Source: Octopus vulgaris (Eukaryota). From it: a stretch of DNA of 64,000 nucleotides. This document shows, piece by piece, positions 55,430-64,000 of the stretch. Both the position numbers and the translations under genes were made by a program. The stretch is taken from NCBI GenBank assembly GCA_951406725.2, contig OX597825.1, forward strand, positions 69,130,001-69,194,000, written 5' to 3'. Position 1 is the first letter of the stretch, and every line of letters begins with the position of its first letter. The notes under the pieces are model-generated. The model was not told the DNA's origin, made no database searches, and saw nothing but the letters and a program-made list of their open reading frames with translations.

Positions 55430-56823
55430 TTTAAAGTTCGTTTCTAGCTCTATCTAATCGTGTTACTCTTTTTCTTTTTAAATAATTGGAAGATTTTCTC
55501 TAGAACGTTAAATACAACAGGGACAAAAAGCAAATTCGCACAATTTTCTGATTACAGTTAAAGCTAGGCCGAAAAGCTGCTGAAACAGATCGCGATATCA
55601 ACGATGCGTTTGGCCCAGGAACCATTACTGAACGTACAGTACAATGGTGGTTCAAGAAATTTCGTTGCCGCTACGAGAGTTATGAAGATGATAAGCATAG
55701 TGGTCGGCCATCGGATGTTGACAACGATCAACTAAGAGCCTTAGTCGAAGCCAATCCGCGTACAACTGTTCGAGAGCTTGCTCCTGAATTAGACGTAACG
55801 AATACGACAATTTCCAACTACTTGAAAGATATTGAAAAAATACTTGATACAGGGGTGTCGCACGAATTGAACGACAAAAAAACAAAAACAAACAAAAAAA
55901 AAACGCCGTTTTGAAGTGTCGTCTTCCCTTCTTTTACGCAACAAGAACAACTCGTTTCTCGACTAGTTTGTGACTTGCGATGAAAAGTGGATTTTTTACG
56001 ACAACCGGCGACGCTCAGCTCAGTGGTTGGACGCCGAGCTGGCAGAACCGTTAGCATGCCGGGCGAAATGTGTGGCCGTATTTCGTCTGCCGTTACGTTC
56101 TGAGTTCAAATTTGCCTTTCATCCTTTCAGGGTCGATAAATTAAGTACCAGTTACGCACTGGGGTCGATATAATCGACTTAATCCGTTTGTCTATCCTTG
56201 CTTGTCCCCTCTATGTTTAGCCCCTTGTGGGTAATAAAGAAATAGGTTGGACACCGACGAAGCTCCAACCACTTCCCGAAGCCAAAGTTGAGCCAAAAGA
56301 AGGCCATTGTGACTGTTTGGTGGTCTGTGGCCGGTCTCATCCATTACAGCTTTTTGGATCCAGGCGAAACCATTACAGCGAAGTACTGTTAGCAATTGAA
56401 CGAGGTGCATAAGAAAACTCCGACCACAACAGTCAGCATTGGTCAATAGAAAAGGACCAATTATTCTCCATTACAACACTCGACCGTACGTCGCACAACT
56501 GACTCTGCAGAAGTTGATCGAATTGGGTTACGAAACTCTGCCTCATCCGCCATCCTCATCAGACCTCTGGCCTACCGACTACCACTTTTTCAAGCATCTC
56601 GACAACTTCCTGTGTGAGAAATGCTTAAAAAACCAAGACGATGCCAAATACGCCTTCAACGACTTCCTCGCTACCAGAACGCAGGATTTTGACGCTACTG
56701 GCATAAATAAACTTGTGTTGATTCTGTTGGTGTTTATTTCGATTAATAAAGTTTTGTTTCAGCTGAGATATGTGCATCTGAATTTAAAGGCTAAAAACCG
56801 CAAGAACTTTCTTGACATTCTAA
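55430..56823 (+). pseudogene. Mariner (Hsmar1/cecropia-like, DD34D) transposon relic interrupted by a SINE
   Basis: DKKQIRTIF..KAAET.RDINDAFG..ERTVQWWFKKF; TCDEKWIFYDN; ILHYNTRPY; PPSSSDLWPTDYHFF; right TIR aaaaccgcaagaactttcttgacattctaa|ta; stops and frameshifts. Confidence 0.92.
56033..56244 (+). mobile_element. SINE family B monomer inserted in the mariner transposase
   Basis: TSD ggttggac at 56025-56032 and 56245-56252. Confidence 0.9.
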
Positions 56824-56981
56824 TATATGTACGCACACAGAGTAATCCCTCATCATATCGCGGTTCACCTATCGCGGTTTATCATTTAAGTTTACATCGA
56901 TTCCTCCGTACTGTTCTTTGGCATTTATAATAAAAGAAATATATACAAATTATTAAAAAAACCCAAAATGTGTATGTGTGC

Positions 56982-57018
<37 letters not shown>

Positions 57019-57859
57019 TAAATAAATAGAGTTTAACGCAATGTAAATCAAATATTTTTACTTTCGACATATGTTTCGAAAAATTCCACTGATACTATTC
57101 AAAAGAATAAATGGTATAAACAATGCAATCTTCTCTTCAGGAAAGTGAAGAAAACGAAACCCGTCAATAAGACATTTTAGTAAAAAATGGTGGATTTCTA
57201 TAGCGATTGACTGAATGCTATCAATATTGTTTAAAAAAAAACGTTATATGATATAACGTCATAAGTAGCTTACAGAAAGAGTAGGGATATTAATAGTGAA
57301 TGTAAATATAAAGGAAATTAAAGTTTAAATTATATAAATTATATATAATTATAGAGACTACTTATATGCACTAAATGTGTGTTTTTGCCAATGTTTACAT
57401 CTGTATGCTCGCTCTATAACCGTGTTTACTAGGGGATTTTTAGAAAAAATAATGAAAAATAGCTCAGAATTGCAGAGAAGACTGAATATATATATATATA
57501 TATGCTCACAGAAACAAACCCTCAGTATGCGATAAGTGAATGTGTTATGTTGCATTCTGAAGACAACAAAATGCTCATGTTCTGCTGCAACAATATGGCC
57601 GCAGTCCAGTTGCTCTAACAAGTAAATGATTGAAGATGAAATCTTTAGTTTGTATATACCTAAATACATACATATGTACTTAAATATATGTTTGTTCCCA
57701 TATAGTTTGGTCTTTGTCTATGGAGTACATTTCATTGTGTCGTTTATTTACGACAAAGTTCTTCCAAGCTTAGTGTGCTTATAAATATGTTTAGCTGTTC
57801 TTCGCTTGTTTATGAGATATTCTCGTTAGCAACGTACTTCCAACTTTCCGCACCATAAG

Positions 57860-58391
57860 AAATCTCCGGCGATTTCCAGGCAATCTCCGGGCAATCTCCA
57901 GGCAATTTCCGGGCAATCTCCAGGCAAACTCCAGGCAATCTCCGGACAATTTCTAAGTAATCTTCAGGTAATCTCCAGGCAATCTCCGGGCGATCTCCAA
58001 GAAATCTTCAGGCAATCTCCAGGCAATCTCCGGGCGATTTACGGACAATCCCCGGACAATCTCCAGGCAATCTCCGGGCGATCTCCAGGAAATCTTCGGG
58101 CGATTTCCGGGCAATCTCCAGGCAATCTCCGGACAATCTTCAGGCGATTTCCGGGCAATCCCCGGGTAATCTCCAGGCAATCTCCAGGAAATCTCCGGTT
58201 GATTTGCGGGCAATATATGGGCGATTCCCGGGCAATATCCGGCGATTTCCGGGCGATTTCGGGCAATCTCCAGGCAGTCTCCGGGCAATCTCCAGTCGAT
58301 TTACGGGCAATCTCCGGTCGATTTACGGGCAATCTCCGGGCGATTTCCGGGCGATTTCAGGCAATATCCAGGAAATCTCCAGGCAATCTCC
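57860..58391. repeat. GC-rich minisatellite, ~11-bp unit CC(A/G)GGC(A/G)AT(C/T)T
   Basis: Dozens of diverged tandem units. Confidence 0.95.
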
Positions 58392-58514
58392 TACATACAT
58401 ATTAGGAATTTGAATAATGAGGGAGATAAATTGAACATAAATTTAATATCAATTTAAAACCAGTAGCCTAGCATACAAAAATCTGAAAAATCAGAGAAAA
58501 TTCTAATACATGTG

Positions 58515-58662
58515 TATATTTAAAGGGCTAAAAAACACTAGGTGCTCAGCCGTATGCTAGAAGTAGATCACCTTCGATCAAAGTTCTTTGTAGTTTGATC
58601 GTAGGTGATCTGCTTCTAGCATACGGCTGACCACCTAGTGGTTTTTTAGCCTTTTAAATATA
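58515..58662. repeat. Palindrome with ~68-bp arms at the end of the 58415 repeat
   Basis: 58515-58582 / 58594-58662; right arm ends in TA/TACA microsatellite. Confidence 0.9.
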
Positions 58663-59224
58663 TACATACATAATACATACATATATACATACACACATGT
58701 GTGAGCTGATTGAGAAGATGGAAACTGAAAGAAGTCCGTCGTGTATATATATACATGCATAAATATATATATGTGTGTGTGTGTGTGTGCGTGTGTGTGT
58801 GTTTGTGTGTGTGTGTGGTTGTGTGTTTGTCATTGTCTCCCTAATGTCGCTTGACATCCGATGCTGCTGTGTTTAAGTCACCGTAACCTAGCAGGTCGGC
58901 AAAAGAGACCGAACTGTAAAGTACTAGAGTTACAAAGAATAAGTTCTGGGGTCGTTCTATTAAAGGGTTGTTCTATTAAAGGCGGTAGTTCCAGCATGGC
59001 CGCTGTCAAATGATTGAAACAAATAAAAAAATAAATATATATATAAGTATGTATGTGTGTGTGTATCTATGAATGTATGTATGTATATGTATTTATATGT
59101 CACGGAATTTTGTCAGTGAACCGGTCGCGTTCTCAAAGCGACGAAAATATTTTGCGAAATAAAAGTGCTTCTTGAATGGCTTATAAAACTTTCTACGCTG
59201 CAATTGTATATACACATATATATG

Positions 59225-59290
<66 letters not shown>

Positions 59291-60133
59291 AAAGGTTTGA
59301 AAATGCAATTTAAACGATGTTTATTTACTTAACCGGTTTCACTCTTTGGTAAAAGATTGTCAAAAGTAACATTGAATATTATGGGTTCAAAAAAAGTTTT
59401 TTACATAATTGTCACATTGAATATTATGAATTCAAAAATGTTTTTTTATACTTAATTGTCACATTACATGTATAAATATAGTATAAAAAAAGTTCAATAG
59501 TGTGATGAGAATATTTGGAAAAATTGGCAGAAAAGAATAAAACAAATATATTATTGGAAATTTGGTTGCGTTAATTATTGGTTGTCGCAAATTGTCACAT
59601 TACATGTATATATATACAGTCTTTGGTAGAAATGACATGTTAAAGACATAAGGAAGTGTAATAGTTTGGTGAGAAAGCTTGTAATATTGACAGAGAAAAT
59701 TAAAATGGATATTTTAGACATCTCAGAATATTTTGAATCGAAGGCGAGAATTTGTTTTTTACTGACCTGTTTGTTTTAGCAGAAAAGTTGAATTGAGAGA
59801 AAAAAGATATGTACCCAATTTGGTTTATACTTCCCCTTCAAGCATCAGTGATTTTGGGGTTATTGGGAGGTGAGTATGCGGGTGTGAATAGATGAGTCCG
59901 TGTGCCTGCTGGTCAGACAGCGTCTGTTTGTCACACACATATATACACACACACACACAACAACAATACACACACACACATAGTATACACACACACACCA
60001 CATACACACAACACACACACACACAGAACACACACACACACAACGCACCCACATATATAATATATACACACAGCACACAAATATAACATGTATTTATATA
60101 TAATATACACACATATATAACACATACACACAC

Positions 60134-60167
<34 letters not shown>

Positions 60168-60168
<1 letters not shown>

Positions 60169-60578
60169 CCACCATCAAAAAATGTGGTCGCCCCAATTGC
60201 AAGACCTGCATCCACCTCATTGAGGGATCGTCGTACAAGTTCCACTCGGGACACACATTCATCATAAAAAATAATTTCACGTGCGCATCAAAAAATTTAC
60301 TCTACGTCATAAGGTGTGAAGGATGCCACGAAGACTACATAGGGCAAACGAGCCTTACCCTCAGAGAAAGAATGACAGTTCACCGACAACAACTGAGGGA
60401 CCCCTCCACAAGACAGATACCACTAAGTGGACACTTAGACCTTTGTGCACACAATAAGTCCCCCAAATTCTTAGTCTTCCCACTATACCAATGCTCGGAC
60501 AACACCACAGACCAAACACGAATAAATAAGGAAAGTAATCTTATTCAAAAATACAGACCACAACTAAACATACTCTAA
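60168..60578 (+). CDS. PLE ORF C-terminal fragment: Cys linker plus GIY-YIG endonuclease, no start codon
   Basis: Open frame PTIKKCGRPNCKTCIHL...FTCASKNLLYVIRCEGCHEDYIGQTSLTLRERMTVHRQQ...LSGHLDLC...KESNLIQKYRPQLNIL*. Confidence 0.88.
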
Positions 60579-62611
60579 CATACCCCTGGGCACACATCCA
60601 GAGCAGGCACACAGGGGCACGCGCACACTCACAGCATATCGTGCGGGTGGGCACATGCGCGCATCGGCACGCATAGGACACACTAGCGGGCATTGACCGC
60701 ACACATACGTGGCACGCACACGCATGCATTATATATATGTAGGTTATGTATGTGTGTGAGTGTTGTGTGTGTGTGTGTGAGTGTGCACGTTGTGTGTGTG
60801 TGTGTGCGCGTGTGTTTATATGTGTGTGTGTGTGTGCACTGTGTGCGTGTGTGTATGTGTGTGTGTGTGCGCGCGTTGTGTGTGTGTGTGTGCACGTGTG
60901 TATATATGTGTGTGTGTGTGCACTGTGTGCGTGTGTGTGTGTATGTGTGTGTGTGTGTGAGCATTGTGTACGAGTGTATGTATTTACATGTGTATTTGTT
61001 TATATATATATATATATATATGTGTGTGTGCTGTGTGTGTATATGCATGGTATGTGTGTATATGTGAGTACATTGTTTGTGTGTGTGTGCGGTATGTAGA
61101 GATATATTTGAGTGTGTACACTATAGGTTTGTATTTTGTGTGTGTGGGTGTGTGTGTGAATTTTATATATATATGTGTGTGTATGTGTGTGAAAAAATAT
61201 ATGTATGTGCATGTATGTATGTATGTATATGTGTATATATATATATATATGTGTATATATATATATGTGTGTGTGTATGTGTGTGTGTGTATATATATTT
61301 TCATGTATATGGGTGTATAAACATGTGCATTATTTGCATGCGCATTGTGTATATGTATATTGTATGTATGTGTATTGTATATGTATGTGTACAATTAAGT
61401 GTATATATGTGTGTATGTGTGCATTGTATATATGTATATTGTAAGTGTGCTATATATACATGAATACATGTATATACGTTGCGTGTATATATATGTATGC
61501 ATTGTGTATGTATGTTATGTGTGTGTGTGTCTATATATTTTATATGTATGCGTACGTGTATGTGTATGCATTGTATGTATGTATATTGTGTGTATATGTG
61601 GTATATCTATGTATGTGTATGTAAACACTATTTATATGTATATATGTATATATGTATATGCATTGTCTATATATATATATATTATATGTATGTATTGCGT
61701 ATGTATATTGCATGCATATATTGTGTATGTGTATTATATACATGCTGTGTATGTGTATTGTATGTGTATATATATGCTAGGTGTTTTTGTGTGATATTTA
61801 TATTATGTATATATGTGTGCGTGTGTTGTGTGTGTGTGTGTGTGTGTGTTGTGTGTGTATGTGTTATATATGTGTGTATATTATATATAAATACATGTTA
61901 TATTTGTGTGCTGTGTGTATATATTATATATGTGGGTGCGTTGTGTGTGTGTGTGTTCTGTGTGTGTGTGTGTTGTGTGTATGTGGTGTGTGTGTGTATA
62001 CTATGTGTGTGTGTGTATTGTTGTTGTGTGTGTGTGTATATATGTGTGTGACAAACAGACGCTGTCTGACCAGCAGGCACACGGACACATCTATTCACAC
62101 CCGCATACTCACCTCCCAATAACCCCAAAATCACTGATGCTTGAAGGGGAAGTATAAACCAAATTGGGTACATATCTTTTTTTCTCTCAATTCAACTTTT
62201 CTGCTAAAACAAACAGGTCAGTAAAAAACAAATTCTCGCCTTCGATTCAAAATATTCTGAGATGTCTAAAATATCCATTTTAATTTTCTCTGTCAATATT
62301 ACAAGCTTTCTCACCAAACTATTACACTTCCTTATGTCTTTAACATGTCATTTCTACCAAAGACTGTATATATATACATGTAATGTGACAATTTGCGACA
62401 ACCAATAATTAACGCAACCAAATTTCCAATAATATATTTGTTTTATTCTTTTCTGCCAATTTTTCCAAATATTCTCATCACACTATTGAACTTTTTTATA
62501 CTATATTTATACATGTAATGTGACAATTATGTATAAAAAAACATTCTTGAATTCATAATATTCAATGTGACAATTATGTAAAAAACTTTTTTGAACCCAT
62601 AATATTCAATG

Positions 62612-62656
62612 TTACTTTTGACAATCTTTTACCAAAGAGTGAAACCGGTTAAGTAA
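62612..62656 (+). ncRNA. Minimal type-I hammerhead ribozyme motif, U3:A8 variant (mirror copy at ~59325-59370, minus)
   Basis: ttactt-TTGACAA-t-ctttt acca aagag-t-GAA-ACCGGT-T-aagtaa; 6-bp stem I, palindromic stem III. Confidence 0.65.
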
Positions 62657-62731
62657 ATAAACATCGTTTAAATTGCATTTTCAAACCTTTTTTCATATAT
62701 AATCCCACTCGTGCGATACCCCACAACTCAA

Positions 62732-62780
<49 letters not shown>

Positions 62781-62897
62781 ATACATATATATATAGTTTA
62801 TCCAAACATGGAAACGCAAAGAGAAAACATAACAACGCGAGGACGTGGAACAAGTATAGTGTTATTGGACGCTCAGGAAAGGAAAGAAAGAAGGAGG

Positions 62898-62932
62898 ATT
62901 TAACGTTTCGAGCGAAGCTCTTCGTCAGAAAC
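62898..62932 (-). ncRNA. Minimal type-I hammerhead motif, canonical core
   Basis: Minus strand gttt-CTGACGA-a-gagc ttc gctc-GAA-ACGT-T-aaat. Confidence 0.7.
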
Positions 62933-63232
62933 ATAGGAAAAGGAAAGATCCAAAGAAGGGAAGACGGAAAAAAAAATCGCCAACGGTACACACGCGTTCA
63001 CATTTTGTATGTGATCGCATGTGCACCGTTTGAATATATATATATATATATATATAAGATGAGGTCTCAGAGAGATTTAGGTACTTGAAAACGTATGCAC
63101 CAGGTAGGTTTGGGAAATCTCTGTGGTTGAGGACTATGATTGGTAAAATTCGAAATATCAATTTGACTATTTCGGTAGTTTTCGGTAGTGTACGCAGAGA
63201 AATCAACCTTATGATTATTTAAATATGAACAT

Positions 63233-63642
63233 AAGGCGCAGGAGTGACTGTGTGGTAAGTAGCTTGCTTACCAACCACATGGTTCCGGGTTCAGTCCCAC
63301 TGCGTGACACCTTGGGCAAGTGTATTCTACTATAGCCTTGGGTCGACCAAAGCCTTGTGAGTGGATTTCGTAGACGGAAACTGAAAGAAGCCCGTCGTAT
63401 ATATGTATATATATGTATGTATGTGTGTGTTTGTGTGTCTGTGTTTGTCCCCCTAGCATTGCTTGATACCCGATGCTGGTGTGTTTATGTCCCCGTTTCT
63501 TAGCGGTTCAGCAGAAAGAGACCGATAAAATAAGTACTGGGCTTACAAAAGAATAAGTCCCGGGGTCGAGTTGCTCGATTAAAGGCGGTGCTCCAGCATG
63601 GCCGCAGTCAAATGACTGAAACAAGTAAAAGAGTAAAAGAGT
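63233..63642 (+). mobile_element. Full-length SINE family A
   Basis: Head to (gtaaaaga)n tail. Confidence 0.92.
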
Positions 63643-64000
63643 AACAAGAATATGTTTAAAAATGCAAATATATATGTGTATACAGGGACAAAAACACATG
63701 CACGGACGCACGCACACACACACACGGACGGACGCACACACAAACACACTCAGTGTCACACATACTCGTCGTCAGACACACTCAGTGTCACACACACTGA
63801 ATATCACATATACTCAGTGTCACACACACGCATATATTAATTTTGCACGCACTCATGCAGATACACACATGCACACACTCATACGCATTTATGCACAAAG
63901 CACTTGCAAACTTTTATAGACAGAACATTAACCTACTGGCGAGAAATAGGAGCCAAAGAACCTTCATCAAATCACACTCTTTACCCTTTTACTTGTTTCA

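Larger units (their letters stand above)
59283..62735 (+). mobile_element. 5'-truncated Penelope-like element (Neptune-type) with ~880-bp inverted 3' copy at its 5' end, inserted in (TA)n
   Basis: 59283-60166 is the reverse complement of 61827-62700 with few differences; GIY-YIG frame; long TG-rich UTR; hammerhead motif at 62612-62656. Confidence 0.88.

Noticed and set aside
55520-56720. Functional SETMAR or active mariner transposase
   Set aside because: In-frame stops, frameshifts, catalytic D to Y change, SINE insertion, no SET domain
57953-58413. Repeat-protein-like ORFs (PEIAWRLPG)
   Set aside because: Derived from an 11-bp non-triplet minisatellite, open on both strands

Overview
AT-rich eukaryotic non-coding DNA, most likely an octopus/coleoid cephalopod (judged from SINE families recalled from memory, not from a search). 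I found no convincing host gene, and nearly all ORF-track entries are microsatellite artefacts. The window holds (TA)n, (TACA)n, (ATCT)n, (TAA)n and (GAA/GTA)n tracts, many copies of three to four tRNA-derived SINE families, and relics of mariner, a DUF4817 Tc1/mariner, R4/Dong-type LINEs and CR1/L2-type LINEs. It also has a Tigger-like MITE, a Merlin-like MITE, a short 28S rRNA fragment and many Penelope-like element (PLE) 3' ends. The most striking pattern is more than a dozen inverted repeats or palindromes with arms from about 20 bp to about 1 kb, nearly all anchored in microsatellites. About nine share one layout: microsatellite | inverted copy ending at an internal TA-like microhomology | direct copy with an extra 3' tail | microsatellite. 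One of these carries an open GIY-YIG endonuclease frame, one has its empty site preserved in an adjacent duplication, and several carry minimal type-I hammerhead ribozyme motifs whose 3:8 core pair covaries (C-G, U-A, G-C, U-G). A second class is inverted copies of nearby genomic sequence pasted into (TA)n tracts. Coordinates were counted by hand and may be off by a few bases. Long-read fold-back artefacts cannot be excluded for every palindrome.
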